Assembly: GCA_031291825.1 (NCBI GenBank)
Contig: JARLIG010000008.1
Location: 5,674 to 69,673, forward strand
Origin: Minisyncoccota bacterium
GTDB lineage: Bacteria; Patescibacteriota; Minisyncoccia; Phycocordibacterales; UBA9973
Length of the DNA: 64,000 nucleotides
Reading direction: 5' to 3'
Below, in pieces: positions 8,428 through 17,160 of this stretch (position 1 is its first letter; each line of letters begins with the position of its first letter). The notes under the pieces were generated by a model. It saw only the letters and a program-made list of their open reading frames with translations. It ran no database searches and was not told where the DNA came from. The position numbers and the translations under genes are program-made.

Positions 8428-10341
8428 TTATTGATTTAAAGCTGCTCGGGTTAATGGTCCGACAACTCCATCACCGCTTAAGTTGTGAGCTAGTTGGAAT
8501 TTAATTAGAGCTGCTTTGGTGTTGGCACCAAATACTCCATCAGTCAATAAACTGTAATTTAAAGATGCATTTAATAATGTTTGTAGTTCTGTAACAGCTG
8601 TGCCATTACTGCCACTTACGAGCAACGCAGTACCTAGGTTGTAAGTCGGTGCAACTCCAGCTATGGGTAGTTCTGGCGTGGTGTTATTATAACAAGTTTG
8701 ACCTGTGACTGTGCTAAATCCAACAGTCCCAAAACAGCCAACAATTATGTTGGTAGTATTACCAAAACATGATTGTCCAGTAGTCGTACTGAAGCCAACT
8801 GCTCTGTTGTCACAACCGAGAATCACCACCGGAAGTGTATTTGTTATTGTATTAACACCAGTATTTGGTAAGGTTGGAGTAGTTGTTGGTGTAGAAACTA
8901 CAGTTGTTGGATTCGTGCTTGAGCCACCATACAATTGTCCTCCGCCACCTCCCTGAGGAGAAACTGTCGCTGGAGGCGTTGAGGCTACTGTTACCGTAGC
9001 TGCCGCTCCAGCTGTAAAACCTGCAGAGAAGGTTGCTTGAACGGGTAATATTGTATAAGTATTTCCTAGAACGGTAGTACCGCTTACTGTGACTGTTGCG
9101 ACTGTGTTTCCTGAAGACAAAACAACGTTTGAAATAGTTCCCAAGTCAGTTACATTCGTTCCACCAAGTGTCCAATTACTATTCACTATGCCAGCTGTAG
9201 GGTCAAAAGTTCCTGTAGTTAATGTGTAAGTAATTACAGAAGTGCCTTGTGTGGTAGTCGCTGTGCCAATAGATAAAACTGGACTAACTACTGATGGATC
9301 AACAACAGTATTACCAATTAATGAAACGTCTGTTTGTCCTAAAGCTCGTCCTTGTAAGGTTGCACCATTTTGCATAGCAATAGTTGAAGACCCTGGACCA
9401 GCCAGAATGTTTCCTTCAAAAGTAGATGTGGTTTGTAGAGTAGATGTTCCAGCTACCGCCCAGAAAATATTCGCAGGTACAGCCCCGCCACTTAAAATAA
9501 CACTTTTCGCAGAACTGATATCAAGATTTCCGGGTATTTGAAATATCCAAACAGCACTCGAGCTTCCTGAAAGAGTAAGGTTGGTTGCAATATTTACGTC
9601 TCCAGAACCATCAAAAGTATAAACACCCGGAGCAAGTGTTAAACCGCCCAAGTTACAGGTGCCGCTGACACAGGCTCCTGCATCAAGCACGGTGGTGGCT
9701 GGAACGAGAGCGTTGTTGTATGCAGTAGTTAGGTCACTAGAAGCAGTTTGTTCTTTAGTTGGAGTTGGAACATTGTAATCGTACGCATATACATTTCCAG
9801 AAACTAAAGATGAAGTAGTGTAGGTTGTTGGGGGAACAGATAAAGCAAAACCAGTAATAGCAGTACTTGTTACTCCAGGACCCGTTCCAATATCTCCAGT
9901 GATGGCACTCGTACCAGTATTAGAAATTCCAGTATTAGAAAAAACGGCAAAATTAGTTAGACTTCCCAAGTTTACCGCCGTTGGTGCTACCACATAAGTG
10001 AATCCTCCAGTGGAAGTGATTGTCCCGGTATCAGTATTTGTCACCACAACGTTCTTCGCGCCGACCGTGCCGACAGGAGTAAGCGCTGTAATTTGCGTAG
10101 TGCTTACTACTACAACACTAGTCGCTGCAGTACCACCGACGGTAACAGTTGCGCCGGATGCAAACTGTGTTCCAGTAATGGTTATTGAGGTTCCACCGTT
10201 TACAATACCAAAAGCGGGAGCAATGCTGCCGATAGTGGGAGAGGAGGCAGCGAAAACCATATTAGGCACAACTGAAATAATAAACGCAAAAACTAGCACA
10301 AAAAGACCCATTCCTATCAAACTTTTATTAATATGTTTCAT
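8428..10341 (-). CDS. Secreted surface protein: IPT/TIG-like domain, DUF3494 ice-binding-like beta-helix domain, Cys-motif repeats, and a C-terminal peptidoglycan-binding domain
   Basis: Signal peptide, then an Ig-like segment (PTIGSIAPAFGIVNGGTSITITGTQF). DUF3494 hallmarks are NFAVFSNTGISNTGTSAITGDIGTGPGVTSTAITGF and ANIFWAVAGTSTLQTTSTFEGNILAGPGSSTIAMQNGATLQGRALGQTDVSLIGNTVV. An SPQGGGGGQLY motif and two GFSTxTGQxC repeats follow. The PG_binding_1-like C-terminus is LQTLLNASLNYSLLTDGVFGANTKAALIKFQLAHNLSGDGVVGPLTRAAL. Confidence 0.8.
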   Translation of the reverse strand: MKHINKSLIGMGLFVLVFAFIISVVPNMVFAASSPTIGSIAPAFGIVNGGTSITITGTQFASGATVTVGGTAATSVVVVSTTQITALTPVGTVGAKNVVVTNTDTGTITSTGGFTYVVAPTAVNLGSLTNFAVFSNTGISNTGTSAITGDIGTGPGVTSTAITGFALSVPPTTYTTSSLVSGNVYAYDYNVPTPTKEQTASSDLTTAYNNALVPATTVLDAGACVSGTCNLGGLTLAPGVYTFDGSGDVNIATNLTLSGSSSAVWIFQIPGNLDISSAKSVILSGGAVPANIFWAVAGTSTLQTTSTFEGNILAGPGSSTIAMQNGATLQGRALGQTDVSLIGNTVVDPSVVSPVLSIGTATTTQGTSVITYTLTTGTFDPTAGIVNSNWTLGGTNVTDLGTISNVVLSSGNTVATVTVSGTTVLGNTYTILPVQATFSAGFTAGAAATVTVASTPPATVSPQGGGGGQLYGGSSTNPTTVVSTPTTTPTLPNTGVNTITNTLPVVILGCDNRAVGFSTTTGQSCFGNTTNIIVGCFGTVGFSTVTGQTCYNNTTPELPIAGVAPTYNLGTALLVSGSNGTAVTELQTLLNASLNYSLLTDGVFGANTKAALIKFQLAHNLSGDGVVGPLTRAALNQ

Positions 10342-10392
10342 ATCAATAAAGGCGTTGCAGGAATCAAACTATTACAATGATACCTATGTCTT

Positions 10393-10764
10393 TTACTTAA
10401 TATTGAATTTGTTTTTGAGCACTAGCAAATGTATGTGAAAATGGTCAGGAATAGATTTTCTTTTATTTGTTGTTTCTACCATGTGTCCGTAGTTTTTTTC
10501 GAGATAGCTAGCTTTAATAAAATCAAATTCTTTTCTCTCTGCTTGGTTTAATTTTTCGTAAGTTGTGTGTCTTTTGGAAACAAGAATGTGATTTATTTTA
10601 GCGATAAGGTCCCAAGGATATTCATTGTTGATAATTTTCCAATATTTAAATTTTTTAATTGGCTTTATCTGACAGAGACGACAGCCATGATCCAAAAGTC
10701 CATTTGCTCGCATGCGCATATATTTGTCGTAAGTTTTTTTAGTTCTTAGGTCTTGGCTAGGCAT
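10393..10764 (-). CDS. HIT (histidine triad) family protein
   Basis: An N-terminal CRLCQI (C-x-x-C) and a C-terminal histidine triad DHFHIHLLV. Confidence 0.55.
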   Translation of the reverse strand: MPSQDLRTKKTYDKYMRMRANGLLDHGCRLCQIKPIKKFKYWKIINNEYPWDLIAKINHILVSKRHTTYEKLNQAERKEFDFIKASYLEKNYGHMVETTNKRKSIPDHFHIHLLVLKNKFNIK

Positions 10765-10836
10765 GTTTTTATTCTAGCAAATATAAAAAATAAATGCTGC
10801 GGATTTTCTCCATATCTATCGAATAGGGGATAATAT

Positions 10837-10992
10837 TTAAAAACCAGAATCTACGTCACTTACACCCTGGATGCTATTATCTGTTTTTGGAGATAGCGCT
10901 ATTTGTTGTTCGACTGAAATAGCGTAGAGATATATTGTAACCACGAGTAGAACAACTACTAGCACTGTTGTAATTTTAGATTTTTTTGACAT
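10837..10992 (-). CDS. Small hypothetical membrane peptide (51 aa)
   Basis: ORF not in the track: MSKKSKITTVLVVVLLVVTIYLYAISVEQQ... It has a single TM helix and lies in an otherwise empty 380-bp gap. Confidence 0.25.
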   Translation of the reverse strand: MSKKSKITTVLVVVLLVVTIYLYAISVEQQIALSPKTDNSIQGVSDVDSGF

Positions 10993-11080
10993 AGACTATA
11001 TATATTTAATATTACTTATATTAAATAAGCCGTAAAAAATTCAAAGCTATTACGTAAAAAATATGGGGAAGTAAGGTTTC

Positions 11081-11143
11081 AAAAACAACAAAACCCGTCC
11101 GCAAGGATGGACAACAGTCTCGTTGTCGCCCTGCGGCGGGTTT
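11081..11143 (-). terminator. GC-rich rho-independent terminator (minus strand)
   Basis: Long imperfect stem AAACCCGCCGCAGGGCGAC...GTCCATCCTTGCGGACGGGTTT followed by TTGTTGTTTTT on the minus strand. Confidence 0.6.
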
Positions 11144-11315
11144 AATGCAAATGATGGTGATTGAGCTCCGCACTGAGCTGGTTTATTTTATTTTGGGTAA
11201 TTGGGCTTACAAGCCACAACCCCACCAGAAGGAAACAGGCTGCGACTGCGACAATGAGAATGTATACCACAGCACAAACCCCAACCAACTTCTCATTATT
11301 GTTAGAAGCGGTCAT
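11142..11315 (-). CDS. Small hydrophobic peptide (57 aa) with a His-rich C-terminus
   Basis: Minus-strand ORF MTASNNNEKLVGVCAVVYILIVAVAACFLLVGLWLVSPITQNKINQLSAELNHHHLH with one TM helix. A strong terminator lies directly downstream. The sequence is GC-rich compared with its surroundings. It overlaps track ORFs 11145..11351 and 11161..11397 on the opposite strand. Confidence 0.35.
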   Translation of the reverse strand: MTASNNNEKLVGVCAVVYILIVAVAACFLLVGLWLVSPITQNKINQLSAELNHHHLH

Positions 11316-11450
11316 TTTTACACCTCTTCACAAAAAATACTACGTTTTTAATAAAAGTCAATTGATGCATTACCCTCCGTTGGACAAAAAAACATAGAAA
11401 ATGTTGTTTTTATCGTTGAGCCTGAAGTTCGTGAAGCAAAATCAGAAGAG

Positions 11451-11714
11451 ATGCACATTAAAAGGGGACAACTATTGCTCGGACTCTATGAAGGTGTGTC
11501 AAAAGCCAATCGAGGCGACGGATATTTCGGTGTGTTGCCAGACAAGATAACAATATTTCAACGTCCGATTGAATCACTCGCCATGGGTAATCCTGAAAAA
11601 TTAAAAGAAATTGTTTTTGGTGTAGTACGCCACGAAGTGGGACACCATCTTGGTTTTGATGAACCAGGCATACGGGCTCATGAAAAAGCACGTGATGAAA
11701 AAGAAAAAAATTAA
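11451..11714 (+). CDS. Zincin_1 (DUF1025)-like putative zinc metallopeptidase family protein; its N-terminus is apparently truncated
   Basis: LGLYEGV...LPDKITIFQRPIE...VVRHEVGHHLGFDE matches the family core. The reading frame stays open and homologous-looking back to 11355 (KSIDALPSVGQKNIENVVFIVEPE) but contains no ATG, GTG or TTG. Two consecutive TAA stops sit at 11349-11354. Confidence 0.65.
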   Translation: MHIKRGQLLLGLYEGVSKANRGDGYFGVLPDKITIFQRPIESLAMGNPEKLKEIVFGVVRHEVGHHLGFDEPGIRAHEKARDEKEKN

Positions 11715-11740
11715 ACACGATACTAAAAAGTTTAAGTATG

Positions 11741-11926
11741 TTATTTCTTAACTGAAAACCACTTCATTCTTATATACATATAGAGCATCCCAAGCGCGAA
11801 ACCCGCAGATACCGAGATAAAGGTCTGGAAGAGTGCAGCGTTTCCGAAAGACCATACCACAGTAAGGATAATCGCCCAGAGAACAGCAACTCCGCTTACG
11901 TATATGTACAATGGATATTTTTTCAT
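11741..11926 (-). CDS. Small two-TM membrane protein
   Basis: 61-aa ORF with two hydrophobic helices. Confidence 0.4.
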   Translation of the reverse strand: MKKYPLYIYVSGVAVLWAIILTVVWSFGNAALFQTFISVSAGFALGMLYMYIRMKWFSVKK

Positions 11927-11954
11927 AACTATATTATATCAAACTTTTCTGATG

Positions 11955-12025
11955 CTGGGAGACTTGGACTCGAACCAAGATAATATCCTCCAGAGGGATA
12001 TGTCCTACCATTAGACGATCTCCCA
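11955..12025 (-). tRNA. tRNA-Gln (anticodon CUG)
   Basis: Minus-strand cloverleaf: acceptor TGGGAGA/TCTCCCA with the U1:A72 pair typical of bacterial tRNA-Gln, anticodon arm TATCC-CTCTGGA-GGATA, T-arm CTTGG-TTCGAGT-CCAAG. CCA is not encoded. Confidence 0.85.
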
Positions 12026-12039
12026 ATACTTTAGGAAAC

Positions 12040-12068
12040 TTGCCTCGCCATTGAAGCGATCTCCCAAA
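12040..12068 (-). pseudogene. Duplicated 5'-half fragment of tRNA-Gln
   Basis: The minus strand reads TTGGGAGATCGCTTCAATGGCGAGGCAAG. This copies the acceptor and D-arm of the adjacent tRNA-Gln (TGGGAGATCGTCTAATGGTAGGA). Confidence 0.3.
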
Positions 12069-12138
12069 ATGGTACTCTAACTTTCTAAACTTAACACATT
12101 TTAACTTGAATTAGAAGTGATATATTGAAAATATGAAA

Positions 12139-12717
12139 TTAATGCATCAAGGCGACTCGGATGAATTCTACACCGATGGCCATTAAGATGAGCCCCATCA
12201 TATTGGCGAAAACCATTATTTCTTTTTTTCCGAATATTTTTAGAATATAAGGAGCGAGTAGGAAAATAATATAATTCAAAAGTAAATTACTTAAGACGCC
12301 CGCTAGTGTGAGCATGTAGCCGTATTCTTTGGCAAAGATGATGACGAGGCTTATCGTGCCGGGTCCAGCGATGAGGGGAGTGGCGAGTGGCATAATGCTC
12401 GGCTCTTCTTCGTGTTTGTGTTCTCGGTCTTCTTGTTTAAAGTCCAATCCGAAAAGTATTTTTATTCCTATGAGAAGTAGGGCGATACCGCCAGCGATAC
12501 GAAAGCTGTCCATGGAAATCTGAAAAAGATTTAAAATGCCGTTGCCTAAAAACATGAAAACTATCAGGATACTGCCAGCGTAAAGTATTGCTGAACGCGC
12601 GAATTTTCTTTTTCCAGCTTTATCGAGGGGGCTCGCAAAAGCGAGAAAAAACGGCACATTGCCGAGCGGGTCCATCACGCCGAAAACGGCGAAGAAAATT
12701 TGTATGAAATAAAGCAT
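12139..12717 (-). CDS. MarC family integral membrane protein (UPF0056)
   Basis: 192 aa, six TMs. The N-terminal MLYFIQIFFAVFGVMDPLGNVPFFL is typical of MarC/UPF0056. Confidence 0.8.
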   Translation of the reverse strand: MLYFIQIFFAVFGVMDPLGNVPFFLAFASPLDKAGKRKFARSAILYAGSILIVFMFLGNGILNLFQISMDSFRIAGGIALLLIGIKILFGLDFKQEDREHKHEEEPSIMPLATPLIAGPGTISLVIIFAKEYGYMLTLAGVLSNLLLNYIIFLLAPYILKIFGKKEIMVFANMMGLILMAIGVEFIRVALMH

Positions 12718-12721
12718 TTGT

Positions 12722-13624
12722 TTGATTCTAGCACAATTCTCTTTTCTAACAAAAATTTTTACTTTCTGCTATAATCATTTCGTGAAATTTTTTAAGAGTA
12801 AAATATTCAAAATAATCATTTATATCTTTGCCGCCATTGGCTTTGTCTTCACGATGGTTTTTATTGGTATGCAGTTCGGCATTTTTAATGTCCCTGGGTC
12901 CAATGCGGCTCGCAATAAGTCGCTAAACATTCCGAAGACAGCACCTCCAGAAGATTGCACTGATGCGGCGGAACAAAAATGTGATTGGAATAAAACCGTC
13001 GAATGGGATGTGCTAAAAACTGCTTTTACTAAAGATGCGCCAATCATAAACCAAGTTTCCACACAGGTAGGCATCTCGCCAATGATGCTCGTCGCAACCA
13101 TTTCACCCGAACAAATTCGTTTTTTCACTTCTAATCGCGAAAGTTTTAAAAAATATTTTGAGCCGCTGAAAATTTTAGTCTCACTTTCTCAATTCTCTCT
13201 CGGCATTTCGGGTATCAAAGAAGATACTGCCAAACAAATAGAAGCCTATGCGAATGACCCGACTAGTCCGTTTTACCCAGGAGCTGGCGCGGTAGCGCTC
13301 ATCGCTTATCCGCCAAATGTCGACCATGACACTGAACTTTTCAATCGCCTGACCGATGAACATAACCATTATTATTCTTATCTCTACACCGCGCTCTTTA
13401 TCAAAGAGATTGAGAGTCAGTGGGGGAACGCAGGCTTTGACATCACACAGCAACCAGAAGTTATCGCCACACTTTTCAATCTAGGCTTTGACCAGTCCGT
13501 GCCAAAAGCAAACCCTGTCGTTTCTGGTTCGCCGATTACGCTGGCGGGTAATACCTATATCTATGGTGAACTCGGAGCGCTTGTCTATAACTCAAACGAA
13601 TTTGATATGATTTTTACTAGATAG
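12722..13624 (+). CDS. Hypothetical membrane-anchored extracellular protein
   Basis: Long ORF. An in-frame GTG at 12782, preceded by TATAAT at about 12765-12770, is a more likely start. The N-terminal TM anchor is followed by a soluble domain of unknown family. Confidence 0.55.
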   Translation: MILAQFSFLTKIFTFCYNHFVKFFKSKIFKIIIYIFAAIGFVFTMVFIGMQFGIFNVPGSNAARNKSLNIPKTAPPEDCTDAAEQKCDWNKTVEWDVLKTAFTKDAPIINQVSTQVGISPMMLVATISPEQIRFFTSNRESFKKYFEPLKILVSLSQFSLGISGIKEDTAKQIEAYANDPTSPFYPGAGAVALIAYPPNVDHDTELFNRLTDEHNHYYSYLYTALFIKEIESQWGNAGFDITQQPEVIATLFNLGFDQSVPKANPVVSGSPITLAGNTYIYGELGALVYNSNEFDMIFTR

Positions 13625-13675
13625 TACAAAGCCATTGTTTTATAAAAAATTTTAAGGTGTATAATTATAATAGTT

Positions 13676-14086
13676 ATGAAATTCCCAGAAATATTTAAGC
13701 GAAAAGAGCCTGGTATTACTGGCAAGGAAAAGCCTATCGCAGAAAGATATCCGAGCGCTAGCCCTATGATGTTAGAATTTTTAGCCTTCAAAGAAGGACG
13801 AATTTCCTTAGAAGAATTATCTAATGATGCACTAATTCTGGTATATAAAGAAAAACAAAAATATTATGAGTATGAAGCAGAAAGATATAATGTCGTTAGG
13901 CATCCTGCAGATTTCAACGGTAGGGCACGTTCAGAATTTATTGGCAGTAGTGCTCACAATAAAACAGTGAAAGAGCAAGATGACAAAACTGCAAATGCAA
14001 GGCAGGAATTAAATAAAGTTCTTGCGGTGGTTAGAAAAAGAGGTTTACCAGAAGACCAACCTGATTTAAAACAAGACGTATATTAA
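13676..14086 (+). CDS. Hypothetical protein
   Basis: 136-aa ORF with no recognised motif. Confidence 0.45.
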   Translation: MKFPEIFKRKEPGITGKEKPIAERYPSASPMMLEFLAFKEGRISLEELSNDALILVYKEKQKYYEYEAERYNVVRHPADFNGRARSEFIGSSAHNKTVKEQDDKTANARQELNKVLAVVRKRGLPEDQPDLKQDVY

Positions 14087-14183
14087 AAATATTTTCCAGC
14101 TCTATTGACTTTTTCTATTTTTAGTTTAAAACAATGTAGTAAGTTCTTCAAACTAACTGGCGAGTACGCAAAAGGAGACAACG

Positions 14184-14438
14184 ATGGTTGTTTTAGAATC
14201 GCTTCGCATGGTTGGGCTTGTCTTGAGCCTAATCGGGCTAGGTATGTTTGCTGGGTCTTTTGTGGGCAGTAGCGCGTACAGAGGAATAACGCTGGTTTTC
14301 GCCGTTTTGGTGATGGTCGCTGGTGTTGGTTTAATGTACTGCACCATCATTATCATCCGTCGTCACAACCGTCCACCTTCTACGACGCCTAAACCAAGAC
14401 CACCTCTTCTGAAAAGGAGGACTGGATGGTTTGATTAA
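14184..14438 (+). CDS. Small two-TM membrane protein in a GC-rich islet
   Basis: Strong SD site (AAAGGAGA) 7 nt upstream of the ATG. Local G+C is clearly above the genome background. A hairpin plus T-rich tract at 14440-14485 lies downstream. Confidence 0.5.
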   Translation: MVVLESLRMVGLVLSLIGLGMFAGSFVGSSAYRGITLVFAVLVMVAGVGLMYCTIIIIRRHNRPPSTTPKPRPPLLKRRTGWFD

Positions 14439-14523
14439 AAAACATCACAGTCCCAACGGAGACCGCCACGTCTCTGACGGGGCTGTTTCTGTTTTATTCA
14501 CATGAAACTGATATAATAGAGAT

Positions 14524-15057
14524 ATGAAAAATATTAAAACTGTTTTGGTTGTTTTGGTTCTAGTGGCTCTGGTGCTACTCGGAGCTTATCTGATTTTTTT
14601 TCAAAACAAAACGACAACTCCGCCGATAGCGCCCACCAATCCAAATTCTCCAGTTGACACTTCCATAATATACAACAATACAATTTACGGGTTTACCTTT
14701 TCCTTGCCTAGCGATTGGAAAGGATATTCAATTATGAAAAATACATGGAATGGTCAACCACAGAATAATAATACTTCTGCGCAAACGGGACCCGAACTAT
14801 TGATAAGGAATCCAAATTGGACTGCAACCACACATTACGAAGATATACCTATAATGGTGTTTACCATATCACAATGGAATTCTTACGTGGCTGGAAATTT
14901 TGCCACATCCGCCGCGCCGTTTCCTGCAGCTGAACTTGGGCGAAATAATATTTATGTTTTTGCTATTCCTCCACGTTGGGATTATGACTACAGCCAAGGA
15001 TTTCAAGAAGCAGATACGATTGTAACTTCAAAACCTTTGCATCCTTTTGATTTATAA
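14524..15057 (+). CDS. Secreted hypothetical protein
   Basis: Signal anchor MKNIKTVLVVLVLVALVLLGAYLIFF followed by a TTPP linker. Confidence 0.5.
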   Translation: MKNIKTVLVVLVLVALVLLGAYLIFFQNKTTTPPIAPTNPNSPVDTSIIYNNTIYGFTFSLPSDWKGYSIMKNTWNGQPQNNNTSAQTGPELLIRNPNWTATTHYEDIPIMVFTISQWNSYVAGNFATSAAPFPAAELGRNNIYVFAIPPRWDYDYSQGFQEADTIVTSKPLHPFDL

Positions 15058-15058
15058 A

Positions 15059-15385
15059 ATGCAAGAACAAGCGCCACAAAATAAAAAAGAATCTTTGGAA
15101 CACATCCCGACGCTCGAAGAAGTGCGTTCGATTTTCAGGAGGTTAACAGAAAAAAAATTTAAAGAAGTTCGTCAGATTAATGACGAGAAAGGTCTTTACC
15201 TTTTTGATATTACTGCGCCAGGAGAATTGGAAGGCGAAGTCACAGAATATTCTTATCGCAGAGGGCAGACAGATAAACATGCAAATCCAATAGATTCAAT
15301 TCAAGTCACGTATTATGAATATGACAGACCAATCAGTGGCACGACTGTGGCAGAAATTGTGGATGGGGAGTGGAAGATTCTTTAA
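15059..15385 (+). CDS. Hypothetical protein
   Basis: ORF track 15047..15385. The ATG at 15059 avoids overlap with the upstream gene. Confidence 0.45.
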   Translation: MQEQAPQNKKESLEHIPTLEEVRSIFRRLTEKKFKEVRQINDEKGLYLFDITAPGELEGEVTEYSYRRGQTDKHANPIDSIQVTYYEYDRPISGTTVAEIVDGEWKIL

Positions 15386-15423
15386 TTTGTGTAAAGAAAA
15401 TTCTTGCGTAAGAAAAAAATATT

Positions 15424-15669
15424 ATGTACCACCTCTATATTTTAAAGTGTGCGGATAAAAGTTTATATACTGGCATCACTACTGATTTAAAACGCCGAGT
15501 GGGGGAACACAATAGCTCAAAATTGGGCGCGAGGTATACAAAGTCTAGGCGACCAGTCCAGTTGGTTTATTCTAAGAAATTTAAAAACAGGTCTTTGGCA
15601 TCCATTGCCGAAGCGAAAATTAAAAAATTATCGAGGGCAGAAAAATTAAAACTAATCAAAAGTAAGTAA
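15424..15669 (+). CDS. GIY-YIG nuclease family protein (small UPF0213-type)
   Basis: LYILKCADKSLYTGITTDLKRRVGEHN shows the GIY-YIG motifs. Length is 81 aa. Confidence 0.8.
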   Translation: MYHLYILKCADKSLYTGITTDLKRRVGEHNSSKLGARYTKSRRPVQLVYSKKFKNRSLASIAEAKIKKLSRAEKLKLIKSK

Positions 15670-15771
15670 TTTCCAATTCTTGCTTTTTATAAAATATTGT
15701 GTTATTCCGTAAAGGAACATCAGTACCCCGTAGCCGCAGAGAGTGGACGGGTAAAGAAAGGAAAATAAGTC

Positions 15772-16227
15772 ATGAATCTGTTGCTTGAAGCGCAGCAAAG
15801 TGTCACACCAGAGGAGGTTGCCAAGGTGGACCAATCGTTGCCAGCTGCTGACAAAGAGAACTCCGCGGATTTCATCGGAACTCTGCCGGCTGAATTGCAG
15901 AATCTTTGGACCTTCATGCAGAGGATGGTTGCAGAGATAGAAGCCGATACGGAAATCCTTGAGCGTAAAGCTACCTCTGTATTTTTCTCATCGGACTACG
16001 AAGAGAACCTGCCAGCCATCTTTCGTAAGAAGGTAGTCCTGACAAGAAAACTCAATTGCGCGAAGAAGGTCTTCTGGGCGGAAGTGGAAGCCCAGTTTGG
16101 TCTGAAGGAAGGCCAACAGGGTCTCGCTTTGCGGAAGGGGTGGGCGGTGGTGCATTATCTATACCCGCTCTGCGTCGTCGAACTTCGCCCCGCCAAGAGG
16201 GGTATCTTCGCTCGTCTTTTCAACTGA
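15772..16227 (+). CDS. Hypothetical protein encoded in a GC-rich island
   Basis: 151 aa with no recognised domain. Local G+C is far above background; one 60-bp stretch is ~58%. A hairpin terminator follows at 16270-16318. Confidence 0.5.
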   Translation: MNLLLEAQQSVTPEEVAKVDQSLPAADKENSADFIGTLPAELQNLWTFMQRMVAEIEADTEILERKATSVFFSSDYEENLPAIFRKKVVLTRKLNCAKKVFWAEVEAQFGLKEGQQGLALRKGWAVVHYLYPLCVVELRPAKRGIFARLFN

Positions 16228-16269
16228 CGAGAGTCGAACAACCAAACAATAAGAAAGGAGCCATCTATC

Positions 16270-16318
16270 GACCGCTTGTGAGAGGACCGCAAATCCTGCA
16301 AGCGGTCTTCTTATTTTT
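16270..16318 (+). terminator. Rho-independent terminator
   Basis: Stem GACCGCTTG...CAAGCGGTC followed by TTCTTATTTTT. Confidence 0.6.
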
Positions 16319-16436
16319 GGTGTAGTTTTTTTTAAATTACTAAACGTGTGCTTCTTTGTCTTTCGTAAATATAAAAGTTCCGTCTTTGTTGCTTGTGAAT
16401 TCAAATCGGTTAGTGTGTCTAATAAATAAAAAGAGT

Positions 16437-16470
16437 GAGGCCACGGTTTTTGGAAAACCGTGGCCTTTTG
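16437..16470 (-). terminator. Rho-independent terminator for the minus-strand island gene
   Basis: Perfect stem GGCCACGGTTTT/AAAACCGTGGCC. On the minus strand it is followed by a T-rich run. Confidence 0.65.
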
Positions 16471-16487
16471 AAGATGGTGCATGCGCG

Positions 16488-17006
16488 TTAGTTTGGGTGA
16501 ATTAGATATCGCTCTTCACGCATAGCCCTGCTGGCTCTTTGGCAGGAGTACGTCCATACAGGGAAGTGTTGGGAAACATCCCACAACATGGCGGATTTTG
16601 TTTCCTCCTTTGAGTAAGCGCTTGCCCTAAGGAAAAAACCTTTTCCGATTTGGTCGTACCACCTGATATTGTGGCGTCTAGTGTTTCTGACTTGGTCGCG
16701 AAAAAAGCCGACCAGCAAGAGTGTTTGAGAACCAGCAATTTCCAATATTTCTGGGTCTGGTGCTCCATAGAAATTCTCTGTGAGTGTTGGGATAACAAAG
16801 TTATCCAAAATCTCACAAAGGCTAACTGCTGGTCCCATAGTGTCCTCTTCAAAACGAGAGGTTTGCGCGTAATGCGCTAGGATGCTCGCAATGTAGAGTG
16901 TTTCCTCTCGACCCATACCTACTGGTGCGTTGTTTCGCAAGTGGTTGTAGAAGAACTGCATTGTTTGAGCTGAACCTACCGCCAGAAGTTCTCTAAGGTC
17001 ACTCAT
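16488..17006 (-). CDS. Hypothetical protein encoded in a GC-rich island
   Basis: The track ORF runs to 17084. The likely start is the ATG at 17004-17006, preceded by GGAGG. The 173-aa product begins MSDLRELLAVG and has no recognised domain. Confidence 0.5.
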   Translation of the reverse strand: MSDLRELLAVGSAQTMQFFYNHLRNNAPVGMGREETLYIASILAHYAQTSRFEEDTMGPAVSLCEILDNFVIPTLTENFYGAPDPEILEIAGSQTLLLVGFFRDQVRNTRRHNIRWYDQIGKGFFLRASAYSKEETKSAMLWDVSQHFPVWTYSCQRASRAMREERYLIHPN

Positions 17007-17160
17007 GCTTTGCCTCCAATGGATTTTGTTGCTTTCAAAATTAGTATAGATTATTGAGCTAAATATGCAAATAAAGTTACTCAATGGCTAGACTAGTTTT
17101 AATTTAAACAAAGTTGTATAGTTTAAGAGAAGTAACGCTCGTTATTTGAAAGGGGTTGGA

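Noticed and set aside
11145-11397. Plus-strand ORFs 11145..11351 and 11161..11397
   Set aside because: They show no homology to the downstream Zincin_1 gene despite one sharing its frame. A minus-strand 57-aa TM peptide with a strong terminator explains the region better, although neither call is certain.
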